Positions 37,075 through 48,614 of a stretch of 64,000 nt of DNA are shown here, piece by piece. Below the pieces are notes generated by a model. The model was not told the origin of the DNA and did not search any database. It worked only from the letters and a program-made list of their open reading frames with translations. How positions within the stretch are numbered: the stretch's first letter is position 1; the number at the start of each line of letters is the position of its first letter. Made by a program: the position numbers and the translations under genes. Source of the stretch: Chiloscyllium plagiosum. Its lineage: Eukaryota. Location of the stretch: NCBI RefSeq assembly GCF_004010195.1, contig NC_057754.1:11935609-11999608 (forward strand). Reading direction: 5' to 3'.

Positions 37075-39139
37075 ATGACAGAAGCTTCATTCAGGAGAAA
37101 AGTATCAAACAGATCAATGGATGAACTGTGCTTCAGTTGGCACTAAATGGTCACATCCGCCAAAGAGACATGTAAAACATTTTGCAGGTAAGAAAGCACA
37201 GCATTAGAAGTGGGTAGATTATCAGGAAAAAAATACTGGAGTAATTTATTTGATTTATTTGATTTCACCTTGGTATTCAAATTTGGACCCGGCAGCTTGA
37301 ACAAAATCAGAAGCACTGTGGTCAGAGCAAACGTTCACAGTTGAGGAAATACCCAGGAATCAGGATGATGTTACTGAGCAATTGCCTGTGTGTAATGACA
37401 TCACCCACACGAATACACAGCATTTGGGTTTGCGCAAACAGGTAATCTCGACAAAGAATGTGAGTGTCTGTGGAGAAATCGAAAAGCAGATTTATCAGAA
37501 CAGTCAAATAAATGTGGAATATTATATCTAAGTTCAGGGTGGAGAAGTTGAAGTTGTTCTACACAGATCAAAAAACATTGAGGTGTGATTTGTTCAAGGT
37601 ACCGAGGTTTTAATGCGTTTAGGAATTTAGAGGAAGTGCAGCTGTTCCCTTTTCATGGGAAACAAATTTGTGATATTGTGCAAGAATTACTGCGAGTCAG
37701 TCGGTAGAACTTCCATGCTGCTTTTGTCTTAGCAAATAAAGTGGCATGATTTTATCTTGATACGTAATTTGGTTTCCGTGTTCGAATCTGTAACTCCTCT
37801 CCTGACATGTTGTAAAATACTTTTCAAAAGGTCATCTTAGTCAGTCCGGGACTGAAGTTCAGAAAAGAACAAATATTTATGTTTTTTGTTTTAGCTTGCT
37901 GTGTTTACATTCTCCCGCTTCACTCTATGTAGAAGGACTTATAAGCTCCATTCCCGTCAGTCCAGGTGAGACATTCACAAAACCAGCAAATATTATCACC
38001 CGCACTGTTTGACTTCAATAGTCACCACTTTGTGATGCGTTATGTTTCGTTGGCAAAGAAAGCAGATTTATCCCCATGAAGGTTCCTTTCACCCTTTGTC
38101 TGCCCATCCATTCAATTTGATCACTGCTGTTCTGATAAATTTCACCTGCTCTCCCCCTGTTGTTCTTCCATAATTCGAGGGAACCTCGAACCGAATCCCA
38201 ACATCATATTAATTTTCGGTTGTTGATGTTACATCAATGACTAGACCAGAACAAGCTTGCAGGAAATTGACGAACACACAAAAATTTTTTTTAAAATATC
38301 CTTCCAGAAAGCTAACCGACTGCAGAGTCAGAATATGAGAAATGTCACAGTGCAATGATATTTAGTCCATTTCACAATGCACAGATACTCGCACACGAGC
38401 TCAGACTTTGCAAAATGTTTATTTATAATTGTTACAATTCCCTGGGACAGATACTCCCTCAATCCACAAAAATGTATGCTGCCGAAAACTATTTCAGTTC
38501 AGATTAAAATGGCTCAGGATACTTTCCATTAACCCAATGTTTCCTGCGCCATGTCAATTGAAGTGTCTCCAGATGAGGTTAGGCCTCCCAGCCTTCTCTC
38601 CCAATGCTCCCTATCCCATTTCAACATAAGTTGCTCCAGCCGAGTTTGGAGTTCCCAGCCTGGGCGTTTCACGCGCCCCTCTGCTTTCATAGAAGGACTG
38701 CATGCTCACGGACTTTGTCATGGGCAGATAGAGTAGACATCCACGCGTTCGTTCCACTCCCAATTTCCAATCGGATCTTCGCCACTGCGCCATTAAATTT
38801 CTCTGATTCCAGACCTGGGAACGGGTGTGATGTGAGTGTGTAACAGTAGTTACTACCTTGTCTCGTGGCACTGGTAAAGTAACAATGTGAAGCTTCATTG
38901 TTATTAAAACGTATGTTTCAACAATTTATGTACTATTATCTGTATATTTCATCTTTTCTAGAAATCCATCGAACTCATTCTTCACTTTCTCAATGAAGGA
39001 ATCTCCACAGCCACTGAGGACATCGAAGATGACGATTCAACCCAATCTCAGTGGGTTATCCTCTTGTGCATGTGGTGCTGTTCCTCGCCAATCTCATCCA
39101 TTGTATTTATTGCTTTTACTTTTCGGTATTTTCATGTGA
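37075..39139 (+). pseudogene. Candidate chain of four spliced exons of an unidentified (pseudo)gene
   Basis: Donor GCAG|GTAAGA (37187); exon 37296-37441 (CAG|GTAATC); exon 37895-37965 (ttttttgttttag, CAG|GTGAGA); exon from 38962 (tttcatcttttctag); phases compatible. Confidence 0.45.
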
Positions 39140-39599
39140 TCGTATAGCGGTTCATCCTCTGCATTGTGGCTGAAGCAACCTCCATTCAAATCTGAGTATC
39201 AGTAATGCGCATTTGTTCAATGTTACTCCATGTAACCTGTGCAAAAAAAAAAAACGCAGAAAGGAAACAATCAATTTTTAAGGTGTAAATACTCCTAAGG
39301 TGATGAAGCTATTGCTTCAAACTTTATCTCCACCAAATCTCGGAGATTTTCTCCCTTTCACAAACACTATTCTTCCTTTCCATCCTCCTCCCGTGCCACT
39401 TGGGCATTGCACAAATTAACGTTCACTTTCACATTGACACCGTTAACTTACTGCTGCAGCTGTCACTCTTGTTAGTTGAACGTGCCCCAATACCACCATG
39501 AGGACCTTTAAGCCACTTAATGCAATCAGATATGAATTCCCCACATTTATTTCAAGTCTTTATTCGTCTTTCGCTGGAGGATTATGAACAATTCTGCAA

Positions 39600-40060
39600 T
39601 TTACATAAAAGAAGCAATATGACAGCTGTGGAAACGGTGCAGAAGTGATTTGCCAATATGTTGTCTGGATTCAAGAACTTCAGGTATGAAAGAGTTTAGA
39701 CAGACTAGCCTTGTTTTTGTGAGAGTAGGAGAGATTGAGAGGAGACAGTATTGAGATGTAGGAAATAATGAGGAGCATGGATTGGGTGCACTTAATGAAA
39801 AATTTCCCGATGATAGAGGGATCAATCTAAAGGTAGCCATAGATTTAAGATAGGAGTCATAAAAGTTCGAGGAGCTGTACATAGAAAAAACTTTATCAGC
39901 CAGCGAGTGGTTGGAATCTGGACACCACTGTCTCTGTGTGTCAGAGCAGCAGAAATTCTAATAACCTTCAGAGATATTTAACTGTGAATTTGTAATGCTT
40001 AAGGTATACAACGTTAAATAATGGAAAATGGGATGAGGATAATCAAGGTGTTATTGACAA
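39600..40060 (+). mobile_element. Old CR1 3' fragment
   Basis: gtggaaacggtgcagaagtgattt..cagcgagtggttggaatctggacacca. Confidence 0.7.
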
Positions 40061-40184
40061 GAGATGCACATGTAGCTTGCAGGCTCAGTTAGCTCTGACG
40101 TCCTTCGTGTGGCGTTTAGAAACCTCAGTTGTCACGTGGGAGGCCAGAGTTCATTTTCCCGCTGGTGCGGCTCTGACTGTTTCA

Positions 40185-40965
40185 GGGTTTCAAGGTTTGT
40201 GTAAAGATCTGTAGTTTCGGTGAAGGCTGCAGATAGTGTGGGGATGTTCGGTGGTTTTGTGAAGTTGGTTTGCAGCCGTTGACTCCCCTTTCTCGGTGAT
40301 ATTCTGAAGGCAGATGAAACTCGTGTGAAGCGCTGCTGTCCTGCAGCGTTTCGAATTGTTTTAATTTCCTTCCCACTGCTTTCAGTTGCTGGTTCTTGTC
40401 GTTCTTTGCATGTCTCAGTGTGTTGGGTCCAGATCAACATGTTTTTTGATGGAGTCATTGGATGAGTCTCGTCATTCTAGAAATTCTCTGGCTGCACTCT
40501 GTTTAGCTGGTCCTATTATTTTTGTGTTGTCCCAGTCAAATTTGTTGTCCTCGTCATCGCTTTACATTGCTACTCGGAACAGCTGGTTGTGTTGTTTACT
40601 GGTTACTCCAGAAAAACTTTGCAACAATAGATATTCCCGCAGATACCTTGCCAAAAACAACGCGAGGAGGACATGCCATGACCCAACACACCAAGCACTC
40701 TACATTATAGGTTAAAAAAATGTCTCAGCACGTACAGCCAGACTCCTCTGACCACTCGGATTTATGAGACAGGATAAACCGAAAGCCACGTTTGACAACA
40801 ACTCACCAAAACATGTACCCAATACCCATCATCTTCAGGACAAATTTGGCCAAACAATGTTGCACGTAATGACTGCTGGAAACATTATAAAGGACAAACA
40901 ACTCACGATACGCATTCATGAAGATCAACTTGACACAAAAGACCACTACCTGGTGTCCTGAGTAG
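40185..40965. mobile_element. Penelope-like element remnant, two halves in opposite orientation
   Basis: - strand GIY-YIG C-terminal and pseudo-LTR (40185-40610); + strand ..YLAKNNARRTCHDPTH..DKQLTIRIHEDQL (40610-40960). Confidence 0.7.
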
Positions 40966-41034
40966 GTTGACTCAAGACACTGAGCGTCGCTGATTCCATG
41001 GCTGGAAGCTCGGATTGTGTGACAGTCTGCAGCA

Positions 41035-41240
41035 ATGGATAATTTGTTGCTGGAAAAGTACAGCAGGTTAGGCAGCATCAAAGAAGCAGGAGAATGGACG
41101 TTTCTGAGATGAGTACTTCATCAGGCATTCGGCCAAAACGTCGATTCGCCTGCTCCTTGGATGCTGCCTGACCTGCTGTGTTTTACAGCACCACACTCAC
41201 GACTCTGACCTCCAATATCTACAGTCCTCACTGTCTCCTC
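41035..41240. mobile_element. Mini PLE inverted pseudo-LTR pair with decayed HHRs
   Basis: tgttgctggaaaagtacagcagg..catcagg / aaaacgtcgattc..ctcactgtctcct. Confidence 0.75.
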
Positions 41241-42406
41241 CGTTCCTTAGTTCCTTGTGTGAGTGAACTGTTGATATCACCAATGTAACATTCGATTGCT
41301 GATCGAGAAATACAACCAGGTCTGTAGCCCAAAAGAGTGTTTCTATTGTTTTGAGATTCCTGGCTGTTCAATGTGTGCTTCTGTGATCGCACAGTTGGCA
41401 GTACTCTGGGGAAAGGCTGCAGTTATCTGCGGTCGCAACCTAGATGTTATTGACGCTGTTTGATATGTTCTTGATTTGTGCAACAGTAACACAGTGACGG
41501 ATCAATTGATATTGCAAGAAGGCAGACAGGCGTGGAAAATATCGAGTTTCTCGTGACATTTGATCAGAGATTACCGAGATTCAGGAGAAAAGAATATTGA
41601 ATTCTTTCGGATCGTGATGAAGAACAACCAGGGAAATAAGTCACTCGGGGATATAGTTTACAAGGGCACTCACAGGAACCAAAATGCGAAATAAAACGTA
41701 CAAAATGACGTAGACAGATGAAGGATGACAGTAATCATGGGTAACCCGACTTCCACTCCCCTAATCCCACTCCCAGCCCCATTGTAAACAAATTTTAGAG
41801 AGCCATAAACATCAACGTCGTCGATTGGAACGATCCAAGTCTTATCTAAATTTTCGATTAGGCTATTAGTTTCAGTTATTTTTCTTTCCTGGGAAATCAT
41901 CCCTTTCATTGTTAGCAATCGGAAATGGAGCCATTCTTTTTGTCAGGGAAAGAATATCATACTAATCTTTGTTTGTGCCATGCATAAGATTCCTCTGTGT
42001 CATACGTTTCTTCTACTTTCTCTCGATTTTAATAGTACTCTGTGTTTTGACACTTCCGACCAAAGTGCATGACCTCATAATCCGGACATGAAACTGCATC
42101 TGACAAGTTTTTCCCCACTCACCCAACCTATCTATTTGCCTCTGCATAATGCCATGATCTCATCACAACATTCACTTCCACGAGTGTGTATTGTCAGCAA
42201 ATTTGGACACATTTAACACTGCCACTTGCTCCATGCTATTAACAAAGAGATAACTGAAGCCTTGAATGTACCCAGTCCTGACAGGCCTTTGCTGTAAATA
42301 CTTCTACATACTTGCTACCCTCTGAATGTGAGAACATGCTCCTCATTTGTTTCTTAAGTGGGTAACCCCTTCCCCTGAGATTGGGACCTCCGGTCCTGCA
42401 CGATTC

Positions 42407-42906
42407 NNNNNNNNNNNNNNNNNNNNNNNNNNNNNNNNNNNNNNNNNNNNNNNNNNNNNNNNNNNNNNNNNNNNNNNNNNNNNNNNNNNNNNNNNNNNNN
42501 NNNNNNNNNNNNNNNNNNNNNNNNNNNNNNNNNNNNNNNNNNNNNNNNNNNNNNNNNNNNNNNNNNNNNNNNNNNNNNNNNNNNNNNNNNNNNNNNNNNN
42601 NNNNNNNNNNNNNNNNNNNNNNNNNNNNNNNNNNNNNNNNNNNNNNNNNNNNNNNNNNNNNNNNNNNNNNNNNNNNNNNNNNNNNNNNNNNNNNNNNNNN
42701 NNNNNNNNNNNNNNNNNNNNNNNNNNNNNNNNNNNNNNNNNNNNNNNNNNNNNNNNNNNNNNNNNNNNNNNNNNNNNNNNNNNNNNNNNNNNNNNNNNNN
42801 NNNNNNNNNNNNNNNNNNNNNNNNNNNNNNNNNNNNNNNNNNNNNNNNNNNNNNNNNNNNNNNNNNNNNNNNNNNNNNNNNNNNNNNNNNNNNNNNNNNN
42901 NNNNNN
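42407..42906. other. Assembly gap (500 N)
   Basis: Run of N. Confidence 1.
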
Positions 42907-43587
42907 ATCAAACGCCTTACTGAAATCCATATACACCGCATCACCCATTTACCCTCATCCGCCTGTTTGGTCGCCATCTCAAAGAACTCAATACTTTTCT
43001 GGGAAGAACGTCCTATCCTTCACAAAAGCGTGTTGACTATCCCTAATCAAATCTTTCCTCTCTAGATGATTATGAATCGTATCTCTCATAACTTTTTCCA
43101 TCACTTTACCCAAAACCGAAGTAAGGCTCGCTGGTCCACAATTACCAGGGTTGACTCAACTCACCTTCTTCCTCTTGACAATACTGGCAACTTCTTTAGT
43201 AAACCACGGATCTCTCGTTCGACCACTTCCTCCTTACCTGACTTGAACAGACTTATCAAGGGCATGCAAGAGGTGTTCCTTGAGTAAGCTCCACATCTCA
43301 ATTGTGCTCACACCCTGTAGTTTAGTACCCCATCCTATGCATTCTAAATCTTGCCTAATCGCATCTCAATTGACTTTCCTCCAGCAATAACTCTTGTCCT
43401 GCGTTATGTATCTTTCTCTTTCCATCGCTAAAGTAAACATAACCGAATTGTGGTCACGATCATCAAAGTGCTCACCTACCTCCAAATCTAACACCTGGCC
43501 AGGTTCATTAATCAGGATCAAATCCAATGTGGCTTGGACACTTGTTGGCTTGTCTACATACTGTGTCAGGAAATCATCCTGCACACA
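42907..43587 (-). mobile_element. CR1 LINE, internally deleted (EN end joined to RT)
   Basis: [36 protein letters not shown]. Confidence 0.88.
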
Positions 43588-45815
43588 AAAATGTTTATTA
43601 CAGAATTATGAGGACATATGCAGTAATACGATGGGGAGGACTATTGCCTACATCTATCCTATTGTGCATAGGATAAATGTAGGCAATGCTGTTCCGATAA
43701 AACAAAGCCCTTGCAGGCTTATTCCTTTCAAAGCCACACAGGTACAGAAGGAAGTGGTGGCAATGCTCAATGAAGATATAATTGAAACGATTCAGAGCGA
43801 GTGGGGTTCACTAATCGTCTCAGTTCCCAAACCTGATGGATTCAACGATTTTGCATGGACTGTCGGAAGGTCAATACTGTCATGAAATTGGACTCAGACT
43901 CAATACTGAAATTAGTGGACTGCATAGAGAATGTTGGACAAGCCAGTTAGTGGACTGCATAGAGAATGTTGGACAAGCCAGGTCAATCACACAATTGGAC
44001 TTAGTGCGTGGTTATTGGCAGGTACCTTTATTGCAGGAAGCGAAAGAGGTTCCTGCGTTTCTAAACCCAAATGGGTTATATCAATTCAAAGTGATGTCCT
44101 TTGAAATGAAGAACACACCTGCCACAGTCCAACTGGCTGAACACAGTGTGCAGTCTACCTGGGCAGGGATTAAATGATCTTGACTGAGTTCTGGAAAGAT
44201 CACATGATACAGTTGGCATGTCTCTTTCAACGATTAAGAGAAGCAAAACTGGTAATAAACGTACAGAAAACAGAATTCGCGAAAGCAGATGTGACATTTT
44301 TTGGACATAACATTGGTCATGAAAGGTTGGTCCCAAGGAATGCAAAGATGAAGACCATCAAGGAATTTCCACGATCAACCTCGAAGAAAGTTTCTTCGAT
44401 GTTTGAAACTAAACAGATTCTCTCAGACGTTTGTTCCAAACTTCAGCAGCATCGTGGCACCATTAACATATTTGCTAGAGAAGAACATTGAATTTCGATG
44501 GAAACAGCAATGCCAGGAGGCATTTGACAATTTAAAAGCAGTATTAGCCACTGCACCAGTTCTACCTACGCCAAACGTTTTGAAACACTTGAAAGTCGCA
44601 ATTGAAGCTAATAACATAGCGATTGAATCTGTACTGCTGCAGGAAGATGATGATTGAATTGTCAGTTGGTTACTTTTCAAAGAAACTCAATACTCACGAT
44701 AGAAAATACTCTACGATCGAAAGAGTTATTGTGTTCTGTATTGGCCTTACAACACGTTTATTTGAACGTCATGAACAATGTGGCGAATCACAAACCTCTT
44801 ACCTTCTTAGCACTATTTAAAGACGACAAACTGAGACTATTTCACTGGAGTCTTATGTCGCAGATTTTTAATTTACAAGTCGTAAATGTTGCTGATCGTA
44901 AGAATGGAATATCAGATGTGGTATCACTGATTTGACTGATAAAGTTTGGAGGAGATGAATAGATATGTATGTGGGCAGAAGTTAACATGAATTTAGATAA
45001 ATGTCCTATGTATGTCATGGTAACGTTGCTAAGAAATAGAAACAGAATGAAACAATCTTAACATGATGATGGTTCATTTTTGTTTTCCTTAATGGGGAAC
45101 TGTTCTGAAGTTATCGGCATGTATTGTACCTTTAAGAGAGAGTGAAAGCTGGCAGGAAACTTGAAGGCTAGAAAATCGAAAAACATAAGATTTGACTGTG
45201 AAACAAATAGTTGACCTGTATTGCTACGTTCCGAAACAATTCCAATTTCCACAATCAGTTTAAATATGCCACAAGTTACTAAAACATTCTAAATTGAATT
45301 TTACTGTTTGAACAGTATCAAACCAATGAGACGATCCGATATTTTTGGCTGTAAACATCAAGTATTTTGAACAGTTAGCCAGCCAGACAAGGATCACCTA
45401 CTGTGATCGATAGGGTGCCCGCCGACGCTCTCCCTAAAAACTACCTTCTCATATGAAGAATCTGTGCAGCAGAATACTGAAGACATACCCAGGAAGACAC
45501 AGAGGATTTTGGGGGTTTGGGGGTTTTGAAAATTGATTGTTTTGTAAATTTAATTGACACATTATCGGATGAGTCGTTGTATATTGTTATAGAGCGGATG
45601 GTAGGTAAATCTTTCAGACAAAGGAGGCTTACAGAGTGGGCAGTTGTTGTTTAATGTTCTCCTTGGGAATGAAAGGATAAAATGTTTTTTTTTTTATTTA
45701 AGTAGTGGAATTTGGGTAGTTCTCTGTCACACATGCTACACCAGAGTACGAGGTGATGTGAGCTTTTCCGTGGGTCTGCATTAAATTAGCAGAAGGGTTT
45801 ATCCTGTATCGTTGA
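43588..45815 (+). mobile_element. 3' half of a second Gmr1-like Gypsy element (RT-RH-PPT-LTR)
   Basis: PIKQSPCRL, LDLVRGYWQVPL, YQFKVMSFEMKNTPAT, RKYSTIE, NHKPLTFL, ADRKNGISDVVS; then aatggggaac-TGTTCTG. Confidence 0.88.
45101..45815 (+). repeat. LTR of the second Gypsy element
   Basis: Begins TGTT after a purine-rich tract; 3' end similar to 19760-19871. Confidence 0.6.
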
Positions 45816-47331
45816 AAAAGGGAATAGACAAAATAAAAGCAGGGAGATTGTGTCCACTGACGGATAAAAGAAAAGCTGGGGCCTTGCCTGAAAAAAAAAG
45901 AGGAGCAGAATTAGGACTGATTTGAGGAGGTTTATGTATCTTTGCAATTCTCTGCTCAGTGAAGCAGTTGAGGCTATCTCGTTGAATGTTTAAAGCAAGA
46001 ATAGATCGATTTTTGAACAGTCCAAGAATTAAAGGTTATGGTGAGAGGGCGGATAACTGGAATTGAGTCCGAGAAAAGATCAGGCCTGATCTTACTGAAT
46101 GGCTGAGCAGGCTTGAGGTGCCAGATGGCATATATCGGCTCCTATATCTTATGCTTGTATGTATTGGTTTAATCATATTGTATTTTTGTGCAAAGTGACA
46201 GTTGATCTGAGCATGGGGAGAGATTCCTGTTATGAGGATAAGTGGATCTCACTCTAATTCACCACATTAATTGGTGTTCGAGTCCTCACAGTCAGAATCA
46301 CGTTAATTTCCCCCACTTCTTTCTGCACAACATTCACAGACCACGTCACCAGTCTCCAGAGATTCTGGAATTAACAAACATCCTAGTAAACATTGTCAAA
46401 CTTGAAAGTCCATTATGGACGAGAGGCACTCAGTCCGTTTGAACTACCCTGCACAGCTCCGATATTGAGCCTGTACTTGGTAAGCAGGGGGTAATTACTG
46501 CCCTTCCCAAGTCCTCAATGTGGCATTCACATGCGTGGGCAGGGTCACCAGCATGACTTCCCCTTACCCCAGGACCAGTAGTGCAGGCCATGACAGCAGA
46601 CCATGACTGCCTGCCCTGAAGTTGACCCCGAGGTTAGAGCAGTCTGAGCCCTCTGGAGGAATGTATAGCATTGCTGGGAGATCATTGTTATTCTCCACTC
46701 AACCAGTGTCAGGGGAGGCCGAGGGATAATATCACCACTCCCGATCAGAGTAACAAGCAATAGGCAGCAAGATTATTTTTCACATCAAGTTCGGCCTCAG
46801 GAAATATTCCCTGTTGAAACTCAACTGACTAAAGTTCTGAAATGAACCGCAGAACGACAGTTGACCACGCCCCTTAATAATGCCTTTTTTAAAAGACACT
46901 GAAGTCTTAAGTTGGAGGCATTATCTGTTGGGTAAACAGAAAGCCCCAATGAACCATTCAAATTTCAATCAGAATGGAACCTGGCCAATTACCACCACCA
47001 ACACCAACCCCACCGCCCCCACCCCTCCCCCCATTCCCCGGAAAAAAAAAACAAATCAAAGATATTGTAACTTTCTAACAGTACCAGTACTGGGACACTG
47101 AAAAACAGGCCAGAGACAGGAGGTAATGCAGCAACCTGTGGGTTATAAGCAGCCGTTAAATTGAATATGATGGAAATCCCTCCCTTCTCAGATACAGAAG
47201 CACAACAAACACAATGTACTCCAGGACTCCTCTCAGTAAGACTTTGTACAGCTGCAGGAGCAATTAGAATCAGATAATCCCCATATTACAGAAACAGACT
47301 ATTTGTTTCAAGAAACTCACACTGAACCTTT

Positions 47332-47575
47332 GAGGAGCATCCACCCAGACCCATCCCTCGATTACCATGCATTTCCCATGCCTAACCTACACATCCATGA
47401 ACACCATGTGCAACTTAGGATGGCCAGTCCAGTTACCTTGCACATCCTTCAAATGTGGGAGGTAACTGGGGCATCCAGCAGAAATCCACACAGACATTGG
47501 GAAAACAAACTCTGCACAGCCAGGTCTCTAACACTGTCGGTCAGCAGTGTTAATCACTAAATCACTATGCCACAC
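47332..47575 (-). mobile_element. Old V-SINE
   Basis: Reverse complement ggcatagtgatttagtgattaacactgctg..tgtgcagagtttg. Confidence 0.75.
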
Positions 47576-48283
47576 TATGTTTTCAATGATTCCATTTGGA
47601 AAATGTACTAATATTCCAGTTTTCCAACTCTTCAAATGATGAGAGACTAGTGTGGGCTGAATGGCAACCTCCTATCCCTCTGGAAGAGAGACATGGGGAC
47701 AGAATTGCTTTCCCCGTTCATAAGCAACTGTCTCTATGTTTTGAATATGTCTCAAGGTTATGCAGGCATTTAATACCAGGGCACTTAAAACTAGATACAA
47801 CGTTACACAAGGTCATTGGACACCAAATACTGTTACCTTGGTTTCTGATCTCTAGAAATGTCCGTAACAGTCATTTTATGAAGCTGCTCTGTTATTATAT
47901 CCTGGTCTACTTATATAATCAGGGTGGAACAGATACAACCCTGCAGTGCTCTGACACTGCCCCATATACAAGAAGAAATATTAAAAAGATTGAAAAGCTT
48001 ATGATCCATCCCTCAGCAACCCTCATACATTCCATGCAGTCCGAATAAATGTTCTCTTTTATTGTGATATGAAAGTGTGATGTAAGGAAGAGATTAATTT
48101 ATCCTATTTGTTCAGTGGCTATGATTAATGTCAGTCTCCATGGATTCTAATTATCCCAGTGGATGCCTTTCATATTTAAATGATAAATGGGCTTCGTTCA
48201 ATGTATTTTTCCATTGTGTAAGTAGGAGCATTACCTACAACACTAGAAGGGCTCAACAGTTCCAGGAAGAAGGGGAGGAGAGA

Positions 48284-48409
48284 TCAGATACGGAGAAGAT
48301 TAGACTGAAATGTTCCATGAATGGATCAGAATCTGACAAGATTAGACAGGCACGTTTCATCAATTAATCAGAATCTTGGAACATTAGACTGGAATGTTAG
48401 AACCATGAA
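48284..48409 (+). repeat. Three degenerate 42-bp tandem repeats
   Basis: tcaga..attagac..g.t at 48284, 48326 and 48368. Confidence 0.75.
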
Positions 48410-48614
48410 CAGTGGTTTATCTTATGAAATTTGGATGCTGTCTGCAAAATGGATGTCATTAACATTAAGGATCTATCATACATTTTGTCTTATTCGCTAT
48501 TTTTATTTTCCTATCCTGGCTATCATTGGTGTTCCTGGTAAGACTCAGATGTTATTTATATCAGTTGATGTTGATTATATTACTGTTTATTCAGCTTACT
48601 CCGATGGATCTGTT

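Noticed and set aside
48284..48409. Spaced repeats as a CRISPR array
   Set aside because: Degenerate tandem units without unique spacers, eukaryotic context, no cas genes
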